Source: Aulosira sp. ZfuVER01
GTDB taxonomy: Bacteria > Cyanobacteriota > Cyanobacteriia > Cyanobacteriales > Nostocaceae
DNA: 64,000 nucleotides
Reading direction: 5' to 3'
Assembly: GCA_034530615.2 (NCBI GenBank)
Contig: JAVRCV020000001.1
Coordinates: 20,156 to 84,155 of the forward strand
Positions 9,126 through 17,776 of this stretch are shown one piece after another (the first letter of the stretch is position 1; each line of letters opens with the position of its first letter). The notes below the pieces were generated by a model, which worked only from the letters and a program-made list of their open reading frames with translations, ran no database searches and had not been told where the DNA came from. Both the position numbers and the translations under genes were made by a program.

Positions 9126-11987
9126 TCATCTATTTGAAATCATAACTTGAGCGATCGCTCTAACTAATTCTTTTGGTGCTACAGGTTTAGGAATATGCAA
9201 CTGAAATCCTGCGGTTATGGCTTGGCGTTGATCGTATTCTCCAGCGTATGCAGTAAGCGCGATCGCAGGCATTTGTTGATCTGGTGGTAGCATTCTAATT
9301 TGCCGCATCAGCGCATAACCATCCATATTGGGCATCCCGATATCGCTAATCAGCAGATTTGGTTGATATCGTTCGAGAATGATGAATGCTTCTACCGCCG
9401 ATGCTGCTACTTTCACCTCTGCTCCATACTGTTCTAAAATCATCACCAGTAAGGTGCGGATGTCGGCTTCATCGTCTACAACTAAAATGCGTAACTGGCT
9501 CAAATCACAGGGTTCAACTAGTTGGGGATGATTTTGAGTCGGTGCTGGGTTATTGCTTGTTAATGGTAATCTAACTTTAAAGGTTGCGCCTAAACCCTCA
9601 CCAGCACTTTCTACCTTGACTGTACCACCATGCAGTTCGGTAATATGGCGAGCGATCGCTAATCCCAATCCTAAGCCACCAAATTGTCTGGTAATTGTTC
9701 CATCTTCTTGACGAAAGCAGTCAAATACATAAGGTAAAAACTGGGGATCGATACCTTTACCTGTATCTTTAACTTGGATCTCTGCTTCATTGCCAATTTT
9801 TGCTAACCGAATTTCGATATTGCCCTCAGATGGGGTAAATTTCACAGCATTAGAGAGCAAATTCCACACAACTTGTTGCAGGCGTACCGTATCACCTAAA
9901 ACTTGCCCAATATCAGCCTCGAGAATAGTTTGAATTTGAATACTTTTGGCATCGGCTGCTAAACGCACTGTCTCTAAAGCAGCTGCGATCGTTGTCGCCA
10001 GATTCACTACCCCAACATTCAAGACAATTTTACCTTGCAAAATCCGCGAGATATCGAGTAAATCTTCAATTAGTTGTGCTTGCAATTTAGCATTGCGCTC
10101 AATGGTTTCTAAAGCTCGTTCTGTTGTTTCTGGGTCAAATCTGCGTGTCTGTAATAGGCTTGTCCAACCTAAGATGGGATTTAGAGGCGATCGCAATTCA
10201 TGAGAAAGCACTGCCAAAAATTCATCTTTGATGCGGTTAGCTTCCTGTGCTTGTTGATACAGATGAGCGTTATCTAGTGCCAAAGCTGCCCGACAAGCTA
10301 GTTCTTCTGCTAAAACTAAATCTGCTTGTTGATAGCGGCGGCCAGACTCACTTGTCATACACAAGGTTAAAGTTCCCAAGGTACGACCGCGAGCAATAAA
10401 TGGCACTGTCATCAGAGAACGCAACTCACAGCTTTGCATAAATTGCAGATGTTCAGGACTTTGAGCCGCCGCTTGCATCCACTCATCTGTAACTTCTGTA
10501 ACGAATTTGGTTTGACCACTCTTGATGACAGCAGTAACTGGGTATGTTTCTAAATCTTGGTATGGCAGATAATTTTGTACTTGACTAAACCAAGCCTGCT
10601 TGTCGGGGTTGCGGTGCTGGAAGGCGACGCGCTGAAGTTTGCCATCGCTATTCACAATATCAATAAAGCAAAAATCAGCCAAAGTAGGGATAACCAGACG
10701 AGCAATGTTTGCTAAAGTATTTTGGTAATCTAGAGAACTTACCAAGACAGCACTTGCTTGGGCGAGTAAGTTTTGGGCTATTTCTAAGCGCTTGCGATCG
10801 CTGATATTCTCAACCATTGCAAAACCATAATTCAGCTGTCCTTGTTCGTCAGAAATAGCTGTAGCAGTCAGATTAACCCAAACAATATCTCCATTTTTTG
10901 TGATGTAGCGTTTCTCAAGTTGATAACTACGAATTTCACCTTTAAATATCTGCTGGGCATAAGCCATATCAGCTTCTACATCTTCAGGGTGAGTAATATC
11001 TGCAAAGGTTAATTGACATAATTCTTGCTCGCTGTAGCCTAACATTTCACAGTAAGCTTTGTTAGTTTGGATAAAGCTACCGTTACTATCAATTAAACAA
11101 ACTCCAATAACAGAGGCTTCAAATATTTTACAAAAGCGTTCTTCACTTTCACGCAACGCCGCCTCTGTAAGTTTGCGTTCTGTAATATCTTGAGCCGTGC
11201 CCAAAATTTGATGGATTTCTCCATCGGCGGTGCGGCTAAATACAGTGTCACGACTGCTAAACCAACGCCATTCCCCGTTAACATGGCGCATTCGATATTC
11301 TAAATCCACGTAACTACCATCTGCACTTTCCTTGAGCCGTTGCAAATGAACAGCCATCATTGCCAAGTCATCTGGATGCATAACTTGAGGCATAAAGTCA
11401 CACCCCATTGCCAAAATAGTTTCGGGTGAGTAGCCTAAAAAATCGAGCGATCGCCCATTAATATAGATGTTGCGCTGCTCAACAACATCAAAGAGATATA
11501 ACAACCCCGGACTCATTTGTGCCAGCAGTTGAATAAAGTTGTAGCTCTGTTGTAATGACTGTTCTGCTAGCTTTCGCTCTGTAATATCAATGGTTAAAAT
11601 AGATACTCCCTTAGCAAATGGGTAAGCTCTACTCTCCAACCAGCCTGCTTTCCTTGGGTGGATATGTTCAAAAATTACAGACTTTTGCTCAGTGATAGCA
11701 CGATGTAATTGAATATACAACTCGGTATCAATTATGCCTGCAAATAAGTCCCAAATATTCTTACCTAAAATCTCATCCTTGGGCATTCCTAACAGTTGTG
11801 CTTGTGGCTCATTAATGTAAGTACAACACCACTCACGATCCAGTACCCAAAAACCGTCACTGATGCTAGCGAGAATACTTTCGCAGAATTCAGGTGCGAG
11901 AATAGGCTGCAACCAAGCTGTTTCATCAATTATTGTCACTTTTGTCTGAGTAACTTGTGCTTCAGTTGCTTTGCTTTCCTCGGTCAC
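9126..11987 (-). CDS. Hybrid sensor histidine kinase/response regulator (3 PAS, GAF, HisKA, HATPase, REC)
   Basis: LSHELRSPL H-box, NLLSNAVKFT N-box, DTGKG G1, GGLGLGL G2, receiver LVVDD...SDIGMP...KP. Confidence 0.95.
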   Translation of the reverse strand: MTEESKATEAQVTQTKVTIIDETAWLQPILAPEFCESILASISDGFWVLDREWCCTYINEPQAQLLGMPKDEILGKNIWDLFAGIIDTELYIQLHRAITEQKSVIFEHIHPRKAGWLESRAYPFAKGVSILTIDITERKLAEQSLQQSYNFIQLLAQMSPGLLYLFDVVEQRNIYINGRSLDFLGYSPETILAMGCDFMPQVMHPDDLAMMAVHLQRLKESADGSYVDLEYRMRHVNGEWRWFSSRDTVFSRTADGEIHQILGTAQDITERKLTEAALRESEERFCKIFEASVIGVCLIDSNGSFIQTNKAYCEMLGYSEQELCQLTFADITHPEDVEADMAYAQQIFKGEIRSYQLEKRYITKNGDIVWVNLTATAISDEQGQLNYGFAMVENISDRKRLEIAQNLLAQASAVLVSSLDYQNTLANIARLVIPTLADFCFIDIVNSDGKLQRVAFQHRNPDKQAWFSQVQNYLPYQDLETYPVTAVIKSGQTKFVTEVTDEWMQAAAQSPEHLQFMQSCELRSLMTVPFIARGRTLGTLTLCMTSESGRRYQQADLVLAEELACRAALALDNAHLYQQAQEANRIKDEFLAVLSHELRSPLNPILGWTSLLQTRRFDPETTERALETIERNAKLQAQLIEDLLDISRILQGKIVLNVGVVNLATTIAAALETVRLAADAKSIQIQTILEADIGQVLGDTVRLQQVVWNLLSNAVKFTPSEGNIEIRLAKIGNEAEIQVKDTGKGIDPQFLPYVFDCFRQEDGTITRQFGGLGLGLAIARHITELHGGTVKVESAGEGLGATFKVRLPLTSNNPAPTQNHPQLVEPCDLSQLRILVVDDEADIRTLLVMILEQYGAEVKVAASAVEAFIILERYQPNLLISDIGMPNMDGYALMRQIRMLPPDQQMPAIALTAYAGEYDQRQAITAGFQLHIPKPVAPKELVRAIAQVMISNR

Positions 11988-12248
11988 AGATCCCTCTCCT
12001 TATTTTTCTGTCAAGCCTTTGTTGAGAAGCTATTTGCTCTAAACTTGCAATGCTGCACAGCCATAGTGATTCAGTTCATCAAAGACCGATGGCAATTCTG
12101 CCTCAATTTTAGTTGAGAGGTTTGTATCTGAGCGTTTACTTAATGGTTAATTTTACTTAATTTCATGGGAAGATGTGGAAAGGCAATCGCACCTATGGTA
12201 CTCCTATTTGACTTTGCAAAAACATAATTTCTTACAGGAGAAGCATTT

Positions 12249-12344
12249 ATGGCGATTTTACGATTAGAAAATGGCACATTACACCAAAATTTAGAAGATA
12301 TTACGCGATAATTGGCATTATTGAATATTTAACTCAATCACTAG
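12249..12344 (+). pseudogene. 5' remnant of an acireductone dioxygenase (ARD/MtnD-like cupin) gene
   Basis: CAGGAG RBS, then MAILRLENGTLHQNLEDITR*LALLNI*LNH*; each stop is one substitution from E, Q or W; N-terminus matches my recollection of cyanobacterial ARD-family proteins; lies upstream of an MtnX-like gene. Confidence 0.65.
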
Positions 12345-12390
12345 AATTGGGGAAGCGATCGCAAAATCTCCTACTAAAAGCAAATGTATT

Positions 12391-12572
12391 TGGAGTACTT
12401 CAAATTCGTTTTGGGGTACTGCAAATTCATTTGGAGGTACTTCAAATTCGTTTTGAGGTACTGCAAATTCGTTTTGGGGTACTGCAAATTCGTTTGGAGG
12501 TACTCTAAATCCGTTTTGAGGTACTGCAAATTCATTTGGAGGTACTGCAAATTCGTTTGGAGGTACTCCAAA
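12391..12572. repeat. 21-bp tandem repeat, about 8.5 copies (consensus KGAGGTACTGCAAATTCGTTT)
   Basis: Units start at 12391, 12412, 12433, 12454, 12475, 12496, 12517, 12538 and 12559 with no spacers. Confidence 0.95.
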
Positions 12573-12637
12573 GTAGTAAGATGGCAGTGCCAGCCCTACA
12601 TTTACTGATTGAGAAAATTTAGACTGGGAGAATAGAC

Positions 12638-13267
12638 TTGAGGCGAATTGTTTTTTGCGACTTTGATGGCACTATCACAGTAGAAGAAACCTTTGTTGCA
12701 GTTCTCAAAAAGTTTGCACCAGAACTATCTGCAAAATTACTCCCCGAAATGTATGCACGACGGATAACACTGCGACAGGGAGTCCGGCAAATTCTCGAAT
12801 CAATTCCGGCTTCAAAGTATGACGAAATCTTGGAATTTACTCAAATACAACCTATTCGCCCAGGTTTTGTCGAACTGCTAGATTTTCTAGAGTTTCAGGG
12901 AGTACCTTTAGTTGTGGTTTCTGGTGGATTGCGAGGAATGGTAGAAACTGTTTTAGATAACCTAGTGCAACGGGTTCATGCTATCCATGCTGTAGATGTA
13001 GATACTAATAGTAATTACTTAAAAGTCTGCTCGCAGTATGAGGGAGGTACAGAACTGATTGCCAAAGTCGAAGTCATGTCAAAGTATCCGGCGTATCAGA
13101 AGATTGCGATTGGTGACTCCTTGACTGATTTAAATATGGCACTTCAAGCTTCTGTTGTGTTTGCACGCGATCGCCTAGCCGAATATTTAGATGAGCATAA
13201 AAAACCCTACATCCGCTGGGATAACTTCGCTCAAATACGCGATTATCTAGTGAAATTGTGGAAATAA
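12638..13267 (+). CDS. mtnX: HAD-IB family phosphatase, MtnX-like (methionine salvage)
   Basis: DFDGTIT motif I, VVSGG motif II, IGDSLTD motif IV, VFARD; TTG start after GGGAG. Confidence 0.75.
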   Translation: MRRIVFCDFDGTITVEETFVAVLKKFAPELSAKLLPEMYARRITLRQGVRQILESIPASKYDEILEFTQIQPIRPGFVELLDFLEFQGVPLVVVSGGLRGMVETVLDNLVQRVHAIHAVDVDTNSNYLKVCSQYEGGTELIAKVEVMSKYPAYQKIAIGDSLTDLNMALQASVVFARDRLAEYLDEHKKPYIRWDNFAQIRDYLVKLWK

Positions 13268-13383
13268 ATCTCACGATCAGCCCAATCCTAGCTGATTCCT
13301 GTGGTCTGCGGAGTAGGGAAGAGAAGGAGGACAAGGGAGAAGTAACTAATAAGTCTTGCTTATTACTCAATAACCAATGACAA

Positions 13384-13683
13384 ATGACTAACCAAACTAT
13401 TCGCATTGTTGCCCGTGTTATTGCTTTACCTGACAAAGTAGAAGCACTCAAAGCAGTTCTATTGGAATTAATTGAGCCAACTCGGCAAGAAGCAGGTGCT
13501 ATAAAGTATGAACTCTTGCAAAACCAGGAAGATCCCACAGATTTTACTTTTATCGAAGAATGGACTTCTAACGCAGCTTTGAATATTCATCTAAACTCAC
13601 CCCACGTTCAAGAAGCACTTGCAAAAGTAGAAGGTTTGGTGGCTGCTACACCCGAAGTTCGCCGCTATTATCTTGTGGCTTAA
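13384..13683 (+). CDS. ABM-family putative quinol monooxygenase
   Basis: PTRQEAG..YEL...F.FIEEW...L..H..SPH pattern. Confidence 0.85.
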   Translation: MTNQTIRIVARVIALPDKVEALKAVLLELIEPTRQEAGAIKYELLQNQEDPTDFTFIEEWTSNAALNIHLNSPHVQEALAKVEGLVAATPEVRRYYLVA

Positions 13684-13724
13684 GCTGTTGTAGATTGAAG
13701 CGATCGCCTCTACCCTTTATATCT

Positions 13725-13848
13725 CAATACAGTTCAGTTAGGCTGAAATGTAATATGTCGTAGGGGCACGGCACCCATAAGATTACTATATACACCAAAA
13801 GATTGTGGACGCCGTGCCCCTACAATATCTTTTCACTGAACCGTATTG
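13725..13848. mobile_element. MITE (124 bp) with CAATACRGTTCAGT terminal inverted repeats, 10-bp target duplication and an internal GTAG-type REP palindrome
   Basis: caatacagttcagt / actgaaccgtattg ends; ctttatatct at 13715-13724 and 13849-13858; internal gtaggggcacggc...gccgtgcccctac. Confidence 0.9.
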
Positions 13849-13954
13849 CTTTATATCTCAAAGCGTTCACGATCAATCCCGCAGATATTCACGAAAATGT
13901 ACTCAATGTAGTGAGGTGTTAGACAATAGTTTAAATAATCAAACTTGATAGACC

Positions 13955-14326
13955 ATGACACACAATGGCTCGGAACCACCTAGCAGATTAGATCGGCTTG
14001 AGGCTATGCTGACAACTCACGCCCAAATGCTGAATCAGTTAGCGCCGCTGTTGACACAAGTCGCACAGATTGCAACTAGCACTTCCGAAACAGCAACTCG
14101 ACATGATGAAGTGCTGGATCGTCTGGAAGAACAAATTCGCCACAACGCAGTACAACAAGCTACTAATAGTCAGGCGATCGCCCAGCTAACTGAAGATGTG
14201 GCTAGCCTCACCGAGGTAGTTATGCAATCAATTGAGAATATGGAAGCCGATCGGGAAGCTTTTAGAGAAGAAATCCGCCGTATCTGGGAATATCTTCTCA
14301 GGTCAAATGGTAATGGCACTGCTTAG
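13955..14326 (+). CDS. Hypothetical coiled-coil protein
   Basis: RLDRLE start and IRRIWEYL end, heptad pattern. Confidence 0.75.
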   Translation: MTHNGSEPPSRLDRLEAMLTTHAQMLNQLAPLLTQVAQIATSTSETATRHDEVLDRLEEQIRHNAVQQATNSQAIAQLTEDVASLTEVVMQSIENMEADREAFREEIRRIWEYLLRSNGNGTA

Positions 14327-14333
14327 GCTCACA

Positions 14334-14738
14334 TTACTTATTGGGTTGAGCAATTCGCGCTTCAATATCTTCTAATGTTTGCAGTAATAGACGTTTTGCC
14401 TGTAATTGCCAACCCCATTTTTGCAGCCTAAAAGCAGCTACAGAACCAGCTATAGCTGCTAATAATCCTATGGGTTGATTTAAAGAAATTCCTAATAATA
14501 AACCCAATCCTGCGATTCCCCAAAATGGTAAAGCGACTACTTGTCTTTGTTCTTCGACAATTTGGGCGATTTGATTGGGTTGCATGGTAGCTAATAATTC
14601 AGCTTTAATTTGTCGCTGCTCTGCTAACGATACTGATAAACCAATTTTCCGACGCAGTTTTTCGATTTTGCGAGCATCAGTACTGTACTCAGTTAGCTCG
14701 TCTTCTGCCATTGTCAGTAGTTGTTTTAATTGCGCCAT
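14334..14738 (-). CDS. Hypothetical membrane protein
   Basis: 134 aa, coiled N-terminus plus two hydrophobic segments. Confidence 0.75.
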   Translation of the reverse strand: MAQLKQLLTMAEDELTEYSTDARKIEKLRRKIGLSVSLAEQRQIKAELLATMQPNQIAQIVEEQRQVVALPFWGIAGLGLLLGISLNQPIGLLAAIAGSVAAFRLQKWGWQLQAKRLLLQTLEDIEARIAQPNK

Positions 14739-15048
14739 CTTATATTCTATCCTTAATTCTCAATATTGTTATTATCCCGAATTATTGTTAATTTTTCTTG
14801 ACTATATTAGGGTATTTTGGGGCACTTTATAGCACAATCCCAAATTTAATATCTAAAATTGAACATAAGCAAAAGATACTAGCACACCACGGCGGAAATA
14901 AAGACTGTATTCAACCAAGGATAATTCCAGAGCGCTAATGGTTTTCCTTGATCCCCATACTTTATCTCTTGACTATTGTCTAATTCCACGTAATAGTACT
15001 AGCGATTTCGCACTTACAACCAGAGCATTTACTTGTGAGGTAATACTG

Positions 15049-17559
15049 ATGGTAACAGTAGCTAAAAATACTTTGTCTGTTGATACCAAAGAGCGATCGC
15101 TGATTCTTTGGTTTGATGAGGTAGGGATTGCAGATATTCCTTTAGTTGGGGGAAAAAATGCATCACTGGGAGAAATGATTCAACAGTTAACACCCAAGGG
15201 CGTTAATGTTCCCACTGGGTTTGCTACTACTGCTTATGCTTATCGTTATTTTATTGAGTCGGCTGGGTTAGACGCCAAGCTGCGGAAACTATTTTCCGAT
15301 CTAGATGTTGAGGATGTAAAAAATTTACAAGAACGCGGAAAAAAAGCGCGATCGCTCCTGATGCACACACCATTTCCCGTAGAACTGCGTCAGGCGATCG
15401 CTAAGGCATACGAAAGTTTATGTGAACCCTACCATGCAGATACAGATGTCGCCGTCCGTTCTAGCGCCACCGCCGAAGACCTCCCCGATGCCAGTTTTGC
15501 CGGACAGCAAGAAACATACCTAAATGTTGTCGGTGTTGCAGGAGTTTTAGGCGCTTGTCATCGCTGCTTTGCTTCTTTATTTACCGATCGCGCTATTTCT
15601 TATCGTCATACTAAAGGATTTGACCATTTTAGTGTTGCCCTAGCTGTGGGTGTGCAAAAAATGGTGCGTTCTGATTTAGCCTCTGCTGGGGTGATGTTCT
15701 CGATTGAAACGGAAACTGGTTTTAAGGATGCAGCCTTAATTTCTGCTGCCTACGGTTTAGGGGAAAATGTTGTTCAGGGAACTGTTAACCCAGATGAATA
15801 CTATGTTTTTAAACCAACTTTAAAAACAGGTTTTAGCCCAATTGTCGATAAAAAATTGGGCAGCAAAGAATTAAAAATGGTCTATGATGACGGCTCAAAA
15901 TTTACCAAAAATATTCTAGTTCCTGCCGAAGAAAGAGGTAAATTCGTTCTCACCGATGACGAGATTTTACAACTAGCGCGTTGGGCTTGTGTGATTGAAG
16001 ATCATTATTCCCAAGTTCACGGACATTACACCCCAATGGACATTGAATGGGCAAAAGATGGCATTACCAACCAACTGTTTGTTGTCCAAGCACGTCCAGA
16101 AACCGTCCAGTCGCAGAAGCAGGGAAATGTGCTGCGGAGTTATCGCCTGTTAGAGGGAGACACGGAGATTGTAGGACGAGGTGACGCGGAGAGTCAAGAT
16201 ATCACCGCGTCTCCCCATCCCCGTGTCTCCGTGTCAAAAAGACATCCCCTAGTAACAGGCCGCGCGATTGGAGAAGCGATTAGTCAAGGGAAAGTCAGCC
16301 TCATTTTAGATGTGAGTAAAATCGACCAGTTCCAGCCTGGGGAAGTTTTGGTCACAGATCGAACTGACCCCGACTGGGAACCGATTATGAAAAGAGCTAG
16401 TGCAATTATTACTAACTCTGGGGGTCGCACCTGCCATGCGGCAATTATTGCGCGAGAATTGGGTGTACCTGCGATCGTGGGTTGCGGTAATGCTACGGCA
16501 ATCTTAAAAACTGGTCAAGAAGTGACAGTTTCTTGTGCGGAAGGAGAAGAAGGACGGGTTTACCCAGGTTTATTACCTTTTGAAGTCGAAGAAGTTCATC
16601 TAGAAAACTTACCTCGCACGCGCACCCAAATTTTAATGAATGTGGGTAATCCCCAAGAAGCATTTAGTTTATCTGCTATTCCTAACGATGGGGTCGGATT
16701 AGCCCGGACAGAATTTATTATTGCTAATCAAATTCAAATTCATCCAATGGCGTTAATTCACTACGACAATTTAAATGATGAATTTGTCAAAGCTAAAATT
16801 GCGGAAATCACTGCACTTTATGATGATAAACCTCAGTATTTTGTCGATAGATTAGCTCAAGGGATCGGCAGAATTGCTGCTGCATTTTATCCCAAACCAG
16901 TTATTGTGCGGATGTCAGATTTTAAAAGTAATGAATATGCCAATCTTTTAGGCGGTCAACAGTTTGAACCCCATGAAGAAAACCCCATGCTGGGCTGGCG
17001 AGGGGCAGCACGTTACTACGATCCCGGTTATAGAGAAGCTTTTGCTTTGGAATGTCATGCCATTAAGCGAGTACGGGAAGAGATGGGTTTAACCAATGTC
17101 ATCCCGATGATTCCCTTCTGTCGCACTCCTGATGAAGGACGTTTAGTATTAGCAGAAATGGCAAACAATGGTCTCAAGCAAGGTGTAAATGACTTGCAAG
17201 TATATGTGATGTGCGAGTTGCCCAACAATGTCATTATGGCTGAAGAGTTTGCTGCGGTTTTTGATGGATTTTCTATTGGTTCCAATGACCTAACTCAGCT
17301 GACACTAGGTTTAGATAGGGATTCAGCATTGGTAGCGCGATTATTTGATGAACGCAGTCAAGGCGTCAAGCGAATGGTCAAAATGGCAATCCAAGCTGCA
17401 AAACAAAACAATCGTAAAATTGGTATTTGCGGGCAAGCACCCAGTGATTATCCAGAATTTGCCCATTTCTTAGTTGAACAGGGAATTAACTCTATCAGTC
17501 TAAATCCCGATTCAGTTCTCAAAACAATGCTAGAAATAGCAAAAGTGGAGAATCGATAG
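15049..17559 (+). CDS. ppsA: Phosphoenolpyruvate synthase
   Basis: VGGKNASLGEM, VAVRSSATAEDLPDASFAGQQET, GGRTCHAAIIARELG phospho-His motif, FSIGSNDLTQL, GICGQAPSD; start set to ATG 15049 after GAGG (ORF track start 14938). Confidence 0.97.
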   Translation: MVTVAKNTLSVDTKERSLILWFDEVGIADIPLVGGKNASLGEMIQQLTPKGVNVPTGFATTAYAYRYFIESAGLDAKLRKLFSDLDVEDVKNLQERGKKARSLLMHTPFPVELRQAIAKAYESLCEPYHADTDVAVRSSATAEDLPDASFAGQQETYLNVVGVAGVLGACHRCFASLFTDRAISYRHTKGFDHFSVALAVGVQKMVRSDLASAGVMFSIETETGFKDAALISAAYGLGENVVQGTVNPDEYYVFKPTLKTGFSPIVDKKLGSKELKMVYDDGSKFTKNILVPAEERGKFVLTDDEILQLARWACVIEDHYSQVHGHYTPMDIEWAKDGITNQLFVVQARPETVQSQKQGNVLRSYRLLEGDTEIVGRGDAESQDITASPHPRVSVSKRHPLVTGRAIGEAISQGKVSLILDVSKIDQFQPGEVLVTDRTDPDWEPIMKRASAIITNSGGRTCHAAIIARELGVPAIVGCGNATAILKTGQEVTVSCAEGEEGRVYPGLLPFEVEEVHLENLPRTRTQILMNVGNPQEAFSLSAIPNDGVGLARTEFIIANQIQIHPMALIHYDNLNDEFVKAKIAEITALYDDKPQYFVDRLAQGIGRIAAAFYPKPVIVRMSDFKSNEYANLLGGQQFEPHEENPMLGWRGAARYYDPGYREAFALECHAIKRVREEMGLTNVIPMIPFCRTPDEGRLVLAEMANNGLKQGVNDLQVYVMCELPNNVIMAEEFAAVFDGFSIGSNDLTQLTLGLDRDSALVARLFDERSQGVKRMVKMAIQAAKQNNRKIGICGQAPSDYPEFAHFLVEQGINSISLNPDSVLKTMLEIAKVENR
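16155..16235. repeat. Palindromic octamer-repeat element lying in frame inside ppsA
   Basis: gacacggaga (16159-16168) pairs with tctccgtgtc (16226-16235); inner gacgcgg/ccgcgtc pair. Confidence 0.75.
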
Positions 17560-17776
17560 GCAGAAATCCATTCTTTCTCGAGATATATAGACATTTCAAG
17601 TAAATTTACCTAAAAATCATTATGTGTATGATTGATCTGGCATTTTGAATTACCCATAGGGGTTGACTTCTCCCACAATTAATTTCTGGGAGAATCTACA
17701 GCCAACCCCTTCCCATTACCAATGAAGCAAATTCACGCACTCAACCACCCGTATTCACCTCCTCCCGCCTCTAAAG

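Noticed and set aside
12391..12572. CRISPR array
   Set aside because: Units are contiguous 21-mers with no unique spacers, and there are no cas genes in the window
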